DNA of 64,000 nt from Armatimonadota bacterium (GTDB lineage Bacteria; Armatimonadota; Zipacnadia; UBA1398; JAKPQA01): NCBI GenBank assembly GCA_029547025.1, contig JAKPQA010000319.1:1263-65262 (forward strand), written 5' to 3'. The notes under the pieces are model-generated. The model made no database searches and had not been told where the DNA came from. It saw nothing but the letters and a program-made list of their open reading frames with translations. Shown here piece after piece: positions 55,686 through 64,000 of the stretch. A program made the position numbers and the translations under genes. Numbering within the stretch: the first letter of the stretch is position 1; the number at the start of each line of letters is the position of its first letter.

Positions 55686-57212
55686 ATGGCCCGGCAGATC
55701 CGGATCTTCGATACCACGCTGCGTGACGGAGAGCAGTCGCCCGGCGCCAGTCTGACGCCGAGCGAGAAACTACGCATCGCCCACCAGCTGTCGAAGCTGA
55801 ACGTGGACGTGATCGAGGCGGGGTTCCCGATCGCGTCGGTGGGTGATTTCGAGGCCGTGCGGGCCATCGCGCAGGAGGTCCAGGGGCCGGAGATCGCTGG
55901 GCTCTGCCGGGCCGTGCCGGGCGACATCGATCGGGCTTGGGAGGCACTGCAGTACGCCGGCAAACCCCGGATTCACACGTTCATCGCCACGTCGGACATC
56001 CATCTCAAGCACAAACTCAAGCGCACGCGCGACCAGGTGCGCAAGGCCGCGGTCGACGCCGTGGCCCGTGCGCGCTCATATACGCCGCGGGTGGAGTTCT
56101 CGGCCGAGGACGCAGTCCGGTCGGACTTCGGCTTTCTCTGCGAGATGGTGTCGGCCGTGATCGACGCGGGTGCCTCGGTGGTGAACATCCCGGACACGGT
56201 GGGGTACTCGACCCCGTCCGAGTTCGGGCCATTGATCGGCCGGCTGATGGAGTGCGTGCCCAACGTGAACCAGGCGGTGATCAGCGTTCACTGTCACAAC
56301 GACCTGGGGCTGGCCGTGGCGAACTCGCTGGCGGCCGTTGAGCACGGCGCGCAGCAGGTCGAGTGCACGATTAACGGCCTCGGCGAGCGGGCGGGCAACG
56401 CGTCGCTCGAGGAGATCGTGATGGCGCTGAAGGTCCGGGAGGACCTGTACGATGCCTCAACGGGCGTGAACACGAGGCAACTCTACCCGACGAGCCGGTT
56501 GGTGAGCAGCCTGACGGGCATCGCGGTGCAGCCCAACAAGGCGATCGTGGGCGATAACGCGTTCGCCCACGAGGCGGGAATTCACCAGCACGGCGTGCTG
56601 CAGGCGGCGGAGACGTACGAGATCATGGACGCGCGGTCCATCGGCCGCGCCGAGAGTCAGTTGGTTCTGGGGAAGCATTCGGGTCGCCATGCATTCGAAC
56701 GGCATCTGAGGGAGCTTGGGTACGAACTCGGCCACGACGATCTGAACCGGGCTTTCTACCAGTTCAAGGAGCTGGCGGACAAGAAGAAGCAGGTCTCCGA
56801 TCGTGACATCGAGTTTGTCGTCGCCGATGCGGTGGCTGGGGCTCCGGAAGCGCTGCATCTGGAGTACCTTCACGTGGCGACGGGAATGGACATCGTGCCG
56901 ACGGCCACGGTCCGGCTGCTGCGGAATGGTCAGCCGGTCCAAGAGGCGCGCACTGGCGTCGGGTCGGTGGACGCGGTGTACCGAGCGATCGCCAAGCTGT
57001 CCGGTGTGAAGCACCAGCTCGTGGACTTCACGGTCCAGTCCGTGACGGGCGGCACGGATGCGCTGGCCGACGTGACGGTCCGTGTGTCGTGGCGGAACCG
57101 CGTCTTCACCGGTCGCGGCTCGAGCATGGACGTGATCGAGGCCAGCGCCAAGGCCTACGTGCAGGCAGTGAACCGCGTCCTCCTTGCGCGGGACCAGGCG
57201 GCCAAGCGATAA
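55686..57212 (+). CDS. leuA: 2-isopropylmalate synthase
   Basis: MARQIRIFDTTLRDGEQSPGASLTPSEKLRIAHQLSKLNVDVIEAGFPIAS has the HxH/DRE-TIM metallolyase signature. There is a LeuA dimerisation C-terminus. Confidence 0.9.
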   Translation: MARQIRIFDTTLRDGEQSPGASLTPSEKLRIAHQLSKLNVDVIEAGFPIASVGDFEAVRAIAQEVQGPEIAGLCRAVPGDIDRAWEALQYAGKPRIHTFIATSDIHLKHKLKRTRDQVRKAAVDAVARARSYTPRVEFSAEDAVRSDFGFLCEMVSAVIDAGASVVNIPDTVGYSTPSEFGPLIGRLMECVPNVNQAVISVHCHNDLGLAVANSLAAVEHGAQQVECTINGLGERAGNASLEEIVMALKVREDLYDASTGVNTRQLYPTSRLVSSLTGIAVQPNKAIVGDNAFAHEAGIHQHGVLQAAETYEIMDARSIGRAESQLVLGKHSGRHAFERHLRELGYELGHDDLNRAFYQFKELADKKKQVSDRDIEFVVADAVAGAPEALHLEYLHVATGMDIVPTATVRLLRNGQPVQEARTGVGSVDAVYRAIAKLSGVKHQLVDFTVQSVTGGTDALADVTVRVSWRNRVFTGRGSSMDVIEASAKAYVQAVNRVLLARDQAAKR

Positions 57213-57265
57213 AGCCCACAGGAGCCTATCGCCGGTTCCACCACCCTACTCGGAAGGATACCGCT

Positions 57266-58528
57266 ATGCCCGGGATGACCTTGACTGAGAAGATCCTGGC
57301 GGCCCACGCCGGCCGAGAGCGCGTGGTGCCGGGCGAGTTTGTCCTGGCCAAAGTGGACCTCGTGCTCGGCAATGATGTCACCGCCCCCATCGCCATCCGG
57401 GAGTTCGAGTCCATTGGTGTGGACACGGTGTTCGCCAAGGACCGTATCGCCCTGGTTCAGAGCCACTATGTACCGAACAAGGACATCAAGTCGGCCGAAC
57501 AGGCCAAGGTGATGAGGGAGTTCGCGCGACGGCACCAGATCGATCTGTTCTGGGAAGTCGGCAGGGCTGGCGTCGACCACGCAATCCTGCCGCAGGAGGG
57601 GCTGGTGGTCCCTGGCGATGCGGTCGTGGGTGCCGATTCGCACACCTGCACCTATGGGGCCCTGGGGTGCTTCTCGACTGGGATCGGCAGTACCGATCTG
57701 GCCGCCGCCATGGCCACCGGCGAGTGCTGGCTCATGGTGCCCAAGACGCTGAGGTTCGTCCTCACGGGCCAGCGTCGGCCCTATGTCTCGGGCAAGGACA
57801 TCATCTTGTACATCATCGGCATGATCGGCGTCGACGGAGCCCTGTACCGGTCGATGGAGTACACGGGCAGTGCGGTGGCCGACCTCGAGATGCACGACCG
57901 CTTCACCATCGCCAATATGGCCATCGAGGCTGGTGCGAAGAACGGTGTTTTCGCCGCCGACGCGAAGACGCGGGCGTACTGCGACGGCCGGGCCAAACGC
58001 GAACCCGTCTACTTGGAGGCCGACGCAGACGCCGAGTATGAGAAGGTCTACGAGATCGACGTGAGCCAGATCGGACTTCAGGTCGCCTTCCCCCATCTGC
58101 CTGAGAATGCGAGGCCGGTAGGCGAGGCCCGGGGTATCCGGATCGATCAAGTGTTCATCGGGTCGTGTACCAATGGGTGGATCGAGGATCTGCGGGTTGC
58201 CGCGGAGATCCTCCGCGGCCGCCAGGTCCATGGCGATGTCCGCGCCATCGTCATCCCGCCGACGCGGGAGATCTACCAGCAGGCACTTCGAGAGGGGCTC
58301 CTCGAGGTCTTCGTCGAGGCCGGCGCGGCGGTGGGCCCACCGACGTGTGGGCCATGTCTTGGCGGGCACATGGGCGTCCTGGCGGCGGGCGAGAAGGCGG
58401 TCGCGACCAGCAACCGCAACTTCGTTGGGCGCATGGGCCACAAGGACTCGGCCGTCTACCTGGCGGGTCCGGCGGTGGCGGCCGCTTCGGCCGTGGCGGG
58501 CGAGATCGCGTCGCCCGAGGATCTCTAG
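57266..58528 (+). CDS. leuC: 3-isopropylmalate dehydratase large subunit (short/archaeal-type aconitase-family)
   Basis: MPGMTLTEKILAAHAG...GADSHTCTYGALGCFSTGIGSTD...GSCTNG carries the Fe-S cluster cysteines. The gene is ~420 aa. Confidence 0.9.
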   Translation: MPGMTLTEKILAAHAGRERVVPGEFVLAKVDLVLGNDVTAPIAIREFESIGVDTVFAKDRIALVQSHYVPNKDIKSAEQAKVMREFARRHQIDLFWEVGRAGVDHAILPQEGLVVPGDAVVGADSHTCTYGALGCFSTGIGSTDLAAAMATGECWLMVPKTLRFVLTGQRRPYVSGKDIILYIIGMIGVDGALYRSMEYTGSAVADLEMHDRFTIANMAIEAGAKNGVFAADAKTRAYCDGRAKREPVYLEADADAEYEKVYEIDVSQIGLQVAFPHLPENARPVGEARGIRIDQVFIGSCTNGWIEDLRVAAEILRGRQVHGDVRAIVIPPTREIYQQALREGLLEVFVEAGAAVGPPTCGPCLGGHMGVLAAGEKAVATSNRNFVGRMGHKDSAVYLAGPAVAAASAVAGEIASPEDL

Positions 58529-58578
58529 CTTCATCACCACTCAGTCGGCTGCGGGCGCGAAAGGAAGCGGGAGACCCG

Positions 58579-59082
58579 ATGGCAGGACGAGCGCACAAGT
58601 ACGGAGATCATATCGATACCGACATCATCATCGCGGCGCGCTATCTGGTGACCGCTGACGCGGACGAGTTGGCGCAGCACTGCATGGAGGATGGCGACGC
58701 GGAGTTCGCCAAGCGGGTGAGGCCCGGAGACTACATCGTCGCCGGAGAGAACTTCGGCTGCGGTAGCTCGCGCGAGCACGCGCCCATCGCCATCAAGGCG
58801 AGCGGCATCGCGTGCGTGGTCGCCAAGAGCTTCGCGCGCATCTTCTGCCGTAACAGCATCAACATCGGCCTCCCGATCCTGATCTGCCCGGAGGCGGTCG
58901 ACGGGACGGCAATGGGCGATGAGCTCGAGGTCGCTCTCGCGGCCGGCCGAGTGCGCAACGTGACCCGGGACAGGGAGTTCCAGGCGCAGCCGTTTCCGGC
59001 GTTCATGCTCGAGATTGTGGAGGCAGGCGGCCTGATCCCGTTCACGCGGGCGCGGTTGCAGAAGGCTGGAGCGCGCGAGTAG
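58579..59082 (+). CDS. leuD: 3-isopropylmalate dehydratase small subunit
   Basis: MAGRAHKYGDHIDTDIIIAARYL...GENFGCGSSREHAPIAIKASGIACVVAKSFARIFCRNSINIGLPIL is ~167 aa. The ATG at 58579 has AGGAAGCGGGAG upstream. Confidence 0.9.
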   Translation: MAGRAHKYGDHIDTDIIIAARYLVTADADELAQHCMEDGDAEFAKRVRPGDYIVAGENFGCGSSREHAPIAIKASGIACVVAKSFARIFCRNSINIGLPILICPEAVDGTAMGDELEVALAAGRVRNVTRDREFQAQPFPAFMLEIVEAGGLIPFTRARLQKAGARE

Positions 59083-59146
59083 GGGGCGGGACCGCGCCAA
59101 ACATCGGACCGGTCTGCGCTGAGTGGCTTTGAACGGTGGTGGGCCG

Positions 59147-61006
59147 ATGCAGCTTCACAACCCGCTGAACCTGCTGCTGCTGCTGACCACCATCCCCGTC
59201 ATCGCGCTGTACTTGCTGCGCCTGAGGCGCCGCGATGTGAAGGTCCCGTCGACTCTGCTGTGGGACCGGATGATCCGCGACGTGCAGGCGAACGCGCCCC
59301 TGCAGAAGCTGCGTGTGAACCTGCTCCTGATCCTGCAGCTGCTGGTGCTCCTGCTGGCCAGCTTGGCCTTCGCCGCCCCCTTCATGAAGTCGAGCGCTCT
59401 CTCGGGCGAGCATCAGGTGCTCATCCTCGACGCGTCGCTGTCGATGCAGTCGCGGGATGTGTCGCCATCCCGGTTCGCGGCCGCGCAGGCCGAGGCCTTG
59501 AAGATGATCGACGGCCTGCGCCGGCATGACGAGATGATGGTGATCGAGGCGGGGGCGCGTACGCGCGTCATGTGCGGGTTCACCAGCGAGAAGGCCACGC
59601 TGCGCCGCGCGGTCGAGGCGTGTGCCCCGCGCGATGTGTCCTCGAATCTCCGGGAGGCCATCGTGCTAACGCTGTCGATGTCGCGCAACACTTCGGCGGG
59701 CACGCGGATCTTCGTGTTCAGCGATGGCGCCTTCGACGCGATCCCCGACGTGCAGCTCCCCTCGAACGTGCAAGCGTCCTTCGTTCAGTTCGGCAAGACG
59801 GGCAACAACGTCGCGGTCACGGGCCTGGACTTCCGCCGCAGCCTTCGGGACCCCAGTCGGTTCGATCTGTTCGTTGCCGTGGACAACTTCGGTGACAAGC
59901 CGGTGCAGTGCCCGCTGACAGTGGAGCTCGACGGATCGCTGCTTCGTGCCCGTGATTCGAGCGAGTTCACCATCGCCCCGCGCGATCGGGGCGAGGCGGT
60001 GTTCGCCGACCTGGCCGGTCTCTCGGGTCTGCTCACTGCTCGGGCGGATGTTGCCGATGACCTGCCAGCCGACAATGTCGCGCACGCGGTGGTGGCGGGG
60101 CGCAGGACGCTGAGAGTCCTGCTGGCCGCCCCAGGCCGAAGCCCGTTTCTCGAGAGGGCGCTGAACGCGGACCCGTTCGTCAAGCTGTTCTTCGGAAAGA
60201 GTGGGGATTTCAGACCGGGCGACGCGACGGACTACGATGCCGTCGTGTTCGACGGCGACTGTCCCGACGAAGTCGGACCCGGGTCGTATCTGCTGTTCGG
60301 GGCCGCCCCGAAGGATTCGCCGGTGACGGTGACGGGCACCGAGGAGCGACCGAGGGTAACCGACTGGAATCCCACGCACCCCATCACGAGGCTGCTGCCC
60401 GGGCTTGGGAGCGTACGGATGAGTGAGGGCAAGACGGCCACCGTGGCGGACTGGGGCAAGGTGCTGGCCGAGACGGCCCGGACCCCGCTGATTGTGGCCG
60501 GTGAGCGTCGCGGTTACCGGTGCGTGTATGTGGGCTTCGACGTGGCGAAGTCGGACATCGTCGTGCGGCCGGCGTTCCCGTTGCTCATCATCGGTGCGCT
60601 CGAGTGGCTGACAAGCGACCCCACGCAGTTGGGCGAGCGGTACTACCGCGCAGGCGAGGCGGTACCCATCCCCGTGGCACCGGGCGTCGAGCACCTGGTC
60701 GTACACACTCCCCGGCGTGAGGAGATCGACGTGCCCGTGCGGTCCAACCCCGTTCTGTTTGATGGAACGGAGTATGCAGGCATCTACGAGGTGAAGGCCG
60801 GCGACGAGTCCACTCGCTTCATCGTGAACATACTCGACCGCCGCGAGTCGAACACGAAGCCGAAGTCGGAGATACGGCTGGCGAGTGGCGGGGGGCCGAC
60901 GAAGGCATCGACGGTGCAGACGAACGTTGAGCTGTGGCGCCATCTCATCATGGTGGCTCTCGGGGTGCTGACACTGGAGTGGTGGGTCTACCATCGCCGC
61001 GTGTAG
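59147..61006 (+). CDS. BatA-like (aerotolerance-related) VWA-domain membrane protein
   Basis: The N-terminus MQLHNPLNLLLLLTTIPVIALYLLRLRRRDVKVPSTLLW is the BatA N-terminal TM motif. The VWA region is HQVLILDASLSMQSRDVSPSRFAAAQAEALKMI. There is a C-terminal TM. Confidence 0.6.
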   Translation: MQLHNPLNLLLLLTTIPVIALYLLRLRRRDVKVPSTLLWDRMIRDVQANAPLQKLRVNLLLILQLLVLLLASLAFAAPFMKSSALSGEHQVLILDASLSMQSRDVSPSRFAAAQAEALKMIDGLRRHDEMMVIEAGARTRVMCGFTSEKATLRRAVEACAPRDVSSNLREAIVLTLSMSRNTSAGTRIFVFSDGAFDAIPDVQLPSNVQASFVQFGKTGNNVAVTGLDFRRSLRDPSRFDLFVAVDNFGDKPVQCPLTVELDGSLLRARDSSEFTIAPRDRGEAVFADLAGLSGLLTARADVADDLPADNVAHAVVAGRRTLRVLLAAPGRSPFLERALNADPFVKLFFGKSGDFRPGDATDYDAVVFDGDCPDEVGPGSYLLFGAAPKDSPVTVTGTEERPRVTDWNPTHPITRLLPGLGSVRMSEGKTATVADWGKVLAETARTPLIVAGERRGYRCVYVGFDVAKSDIVVRPAFPLLIIGALEWLTSDPTQLGERYYRAGEAVPIPVAPGVEHLVVHTPRREEIDVPVRSNPVLFDGTEYAGIYEVKAGDESTRFIVNILDRRESNTKPKSEIRLASGGGPTKASTVQTNVELWRHLIMVALGVLTLEWWVYHRRV

Positions 61007-61077
61007 GGGCGGATGGCTGGTCTTCCGCCAAGCGGAATGGCCGGGTGCGACCCGCATGGCCAACGCGCCGCACGGTT

Positions 61078-63603
61078 TCACGTACGGAGAGCCTGGTGGA
61101 CCGCCCGCGACAGGCGCGCGAGGCCCACCGGCTTCTGGATCAGGCCCAGGATTCCCTCGCGAGCCAGCTCGTCAGCCATGCCGTCCATTGCGTAGCCGGT
61201 GGCAAGCAGGGTGCGGACGCCGGGGTTGATCTGGCGCAGGGCGCGAATGCACTGCCTGCCATCCATGCCTGGCATGATGAGATCGACGAGGACGAGGTCG
61301 AATGCGTTGGCCTCGCCACGGTAGATCTCGATGGCCTCGGCGCCGCTGCGGGCGGTGCGGACGGTGTAACCCAGGTACCGGAGCATCTCCGTGGTCGAAC
61401 TCAGGGCGGCGTCATCGTCATCGACCACAAGAAGCGACTCGCATCCGGGGACCACTGCTTCGAGCTCGGTGGATGCCGGTCCGGTCTGCTGTTCGCCGGG
61501 CGGCACCGGTAAGTAGATGCGGACCGTAGTGCCGACGCCGACCTCGCTGTAGATCCGCACAGTGCCTCCATGGTTCTTGACAATGCCATAGACCATGGCG
61601 AGCCCCATGCCTGTGCCCTTGCCCGGTTCTTTGGTTGTGAAAAAGGGCTCAAATGCATGGTCCTGGACTTCTTGCGGCATACCCGCCCCGCTGTCGGTGA
61701 CGGAGAGCATGACGTACTCGCCGGGGCGAGCGCCGGCATGGGCCCGGCAGTAGGCGGCGTCGAGCTCGACGACGTCGGTGGCAAAGCTCAGCACGCCTCC
61801 GTCGGGCATGGCATCGCGCGCATTGATGGCCAGGTTGATGATCACCTGCTCGAGCTGGTGCGGGTCCCCCTGCACAAAGGCTCGGAGGCGAGTCAGGTGG
61901 GTCGAGATGGCGATGTTCTTGCCCAGGGCGCGGCCGAGGAAACGTATGGCCTCCTCGACCCGCGCGTTCAGGTCCACGGGCACATTGAGCTGCTTGCCCT
62001 TGCGTGCGAAGCCCAGGAGCTGCTGGGTGAGCCGTGCGCCGCGGGTGGCCGCGGTCTCGATCACCTCGGCCGCCTCGTGAACCGGCGTGCCGGGCTCGGA
62101 CCGCAGCTTGAGCAGCGTGGCGTGCCCCTGGATGCCGGTCAGCACATTGTTGAAGTCATGGGCGACACCGCCGGCCAGGGTGCCAATGGCGTCGAGCTTC
62201 TGGATCTGGCGAAGCTGAGCTTCGAGTGCCGCCACCTCGGTCACGTCACGCCCGACCCAGATGCCACCCAGTGGGATCCCGTTCTCGTCGCGGAGGGCAC
62301 TGGTCTGCACCTCGAGGATGACCTCCCGCCCGTCGGCCGTCCGGGCGCGCACCTGCCCGCGCCAACCATCGGGGACGACTCCGCCAGGCCGCCAGGCCAC
62401 CAGGTCGCCATCGATGGCGGCCGCGCGCAGTGCGTCGGTCAGGGGGCGACCATGCATGTCCTCGGGCGTCAACCCGAGTATGCTTCGAACGGATGGGCTG
62501 GCGTAGTCGACGGTGCCGTCGAGTCCGGTGACGACGACCAGGTCCGTCATACTCCTGAGGATCGACGACTGCAGCCGAAGGGCTTCCTCGGCCCTCCGGC
62601 GCTCGGTGATATCGCGCGTGACGCCGACGATGCCTGTGGGGCTGCCGGTGTCATCTGTCGTGAAGCCCGCATTGATCTCGGTCCATACCGTGGAGCCGTC
62701 CTTGCAGCGCATCTCGAGCTGAAGCCCTCGGACTTCCACGGCACCCGGCTCACCCGCACGGGCCCGCGCGATGGCGTCCGCAAAGTGGCGGCGGGCGACT
62801 TCCAGGGAGTCGGGAGCGACGACGTCCTCGAGTCCCTGGCCGATGGCTTCCTCGGCGGTGTAGCCGCGCACTCGGTGCACTGCCGGGCTCGCGTAGGTGA
62901 TCTTGAGGTCGAGATCCATCGTCCAGACGACGTCCGACGCGTGTTCGGCCACCAGGCGAAGCGTCTGTTCGCTCTCCTTGAGGGCCCGTTCCGCGGCCGT
63001 GCGGGCCACCAAGCGAGCCAACCAGGACGACAGGCCCGTGCTTGCGCCATCACACCCCGCCATGGGGCCGTGGTCCACGTACATCGGATTCTCGCATAGA
63101 ACCCCATCGAGGAGGATGAACGGGTAGGCGCGGATCTCCTGTTCGAGCTCGTCATCAGACACCGAGGAACGGTCGTAGACGCAGGCCGAACGTACGGGCA
63201 CAGCTTCCGGGCTGACGGTGCCGGGCGCGAGGCCCAAGCGGCGCGCCATATCCCTGTGTCCGGCGTCCCAGACTGCGGTCACACCCACGGCCTCGGTGGC
63301 CCCGAGAGCATGGATGACCTCGTCGTCGGTGCCGGTGAACAGCCGGCCCGTCATGCGCAGTGGACCGGTGTCCCATCCGGCCTCCTGAAGGAGCCGCAGA
63401 AGGCTTTGGGACGCCTCAGGTCCGGCCAAGTACGCGCACCGGTCGCCTCGGCCGAGTCCGGCCGCAATGAGGGGCAGGATGCTGTTCGGAGCTTCCTCGG
63501 CTGATGCGCTGATAACACAGACGGAGTCGCCCGGACGCAGTGTCGTCAGAGCCTCGGGAACCAATCCCATCGCAGTCCCTATGTCCCGTACGCCCAGGCC
63601 CAT
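61078..63603 (-). CDS. Hybrid sensor histidine kinase: MEDS-like N-domain, PAS domains, HisKA/HATPase_c, C-terminal receiver
   Basis: The N-terminus [40 protein letters not shown] is MEDS-like. PAS repeats are followed by the H-box [17 protein letters not shown], an ATPase G-box DSGAGM and a receiver [10 protein letters not shown]...[14 protein letters not shown]. The start is uncertain (M at 63603 or 63570; the ORF-track start is 63717). Confidence 0.8.
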   Translation of the reverse strand: MGLGVRDIGTAMGLVPEALTTLRPGDSVCVISASAEEAPNSILPLIAAGLGRGDRCAYLAGPEASQSLLRLLQEAGWDTGPLRMTGRLFTGTDDEVIHALGATEAVGVTAVWDAGHRDMARRLGLAPGTVSPEAVPVRSACVYDRSSVSDDELEQEIRAYPFILLDGVLCENPMYVDHGPMAGCDGASTGLSSWLARLVARTAAERALKESEQTLRLVAEHASDVVWTMDLDLKITYASPAVHRVRGYTAEEAIGQGLEDVVAPDSLEVARRHFADAIARARAGEPGAVEVRGLQLEMRCKDGSTVWTEINAGFTTDDTGSPTGIVGVTRDITERRRAEEALRLQSSILRSMTDLVVVTGLDGTVDYASPSVRSILGLTPEDMHGRPLTDALRAAAIDGDLVAWRPGGVVPDGWRGQVRARTADGREVILEVQTSALRDENGIPLGGIWVGRDVTEVAALEAQLRQIQKLDAIGTLAGGVAHDFNNVLTGIQGHATLLKLRSEPGTPVHEAAEVIETAATRGARLTQQLLGFARKGKQLNVPVDLNARVEEAIRFLGRALGKNIAISTHLTRLRAFVQGDPHQLEQVIINLAINARDAMPDGGVLSFATDVVELDAAYCRAHAGARPGEYVMLSVTDSGAGMPQEVQDHAFEPFFTTKEPGKGTGMGLAMVYGIVKNHGGTVRIYSEVGVGTTVRIYLPVPPGEQQTGPASTELEAVVPGCESLLVVDDDDAALSSTTEMLRYLGYTVRTARSGAEAIEIYRGEANAFDLVLVDLIMPGMDGRQCIRALRQINPGVRTLLATGYAMDGMADELAREGILGLIQKPVGLARLSRAVHQALRT

Positions 63604-63895
63604 AGCGCTGCCATTGGTCCACACTGAAGGCACCGAAAGGCATTGCTTCGTGCGTAGGCATACCATCCCGCGCCGCCATCGGCTAGCGCTCTTCGTGCTG
63701 CCGCGTGCCCTTGACACGCTGCCGTGTCCATAACGGTACGTGCAAGCGTTGGTTCACGGTCTGGTTACCGAACGCTCGGGCATGCCATACCCCGTACCGA
63801 CCAGCTTCGCCGGCCTCGGGAAGGTGTGATGGCGGGCCGGGCGAACCGCGCCGCCATGCTGACACCGGGTGAGAAGGGGGTCGCCATGCCACCCA

Positions 63896-64000
63896 AGCTG
63901 GTTGCCTTCGTGGGAAGCCCCAGGCCGGGCGGCAACACCGACACACTGGCCGACGCCGCGCTCTCGGCATTCGCGCAGGCTGGAGGCGAGGCCGAGAAGG
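63896..64000 (+). CDS. NAD(P)H-dependent FMN-reductase/flavodoxin-like protein, 5' end only
   Basis: MPPKLVAFVGSPRPGGNTDTLADAALSAFAQAGGEAEK matches the flavodoxin-like N-terminus (kilvlvGSpR..gnT..La.a). GAGAAGGGGG precedes the ATG. The gene runs off the window end. Coordinates are approximate. Confidence 0.45.

Overview
This window is high-GC (roughly 65-70%) bacterial chromosomal DNA with dense coding on both strands. The taxon cannot be determined from the sequence; the mix of many secreted glycoside hydrolases, several secretins and ECF sigma factors is compatible with a Planctomycetota- or Armatimonadota-like lineage. The high GC content generates many long spurious overlapping ORFs in the six-frame track. 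I only call ORFs whose translation shows recognisable family motifs, signal peptides, or operon context.

Content in order along the window:
1. A partial secreted beta-helix protein.
2. A two-gene cassette of an ABC-type (AAA_21) ATPase and a TOPRIM-like protein, resembling OLD/PARIS/Gabija-type antiphage modules.
3. A minus-strand operon of an ECF sigma factor, a zinc-finger anti-sigma factor and four secreted proteins or lipoproteins carrying CarbopepD_reg-like, PKD-like and short tandem-repeat segments.
4. A stand-alone CheY-like response regulator between two proline-rich bitopic membrane proteins.
5. A carbohydrate-active cluster: a Gfo/Idh/MocA oxidoreductase, a CE7 acetylxylan esterase and a large glycoside hydrolase.
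6. An operon of three tandem secretin paralogs followed by a TolB-like beta-propeller lipoprotein, with no type II/III/IV secretion or pilus partner genes nearby. This is the strongest candidate for an undescribed system.
7. A 3' remnant of a gmhB-like HAD phosphatase.
8. An 1111-aa protein fusing a GHMP-kinase-like domain to a UDPGP-type pyrophosphorylase domain, translationally coupled to an upstream GalU-like gene.
9. A small island holding a PilZ-domain gene and a BNR/sialidase-like gene, bracketed by two decayed IS630-family transposase remnants.
10. A possible PP2C-like phosphatase, a cytidylate-kinase-like protein, a truncated Thi4 gene, a papain-like peptidase, a GH38-like hydrolase and a 670-aa polytopic membrane protein.
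11. A pyrR-pyrC-carA-carB operon with a PyrR-binding hairpin in its leader.
12. A sigma-70 family gene with an unusual N-terminal extension, a DegT-family aminotransferase, and an ilvC-leuA-leuC-leuD operon.
13. A BatA-like VWA membrane protein, a MEDS/PAS hybrid histidine kinase, and the 5' end of a flavodoxin-like reductase.

I did not recognise any rRNA, tRNA or CRISPR array.
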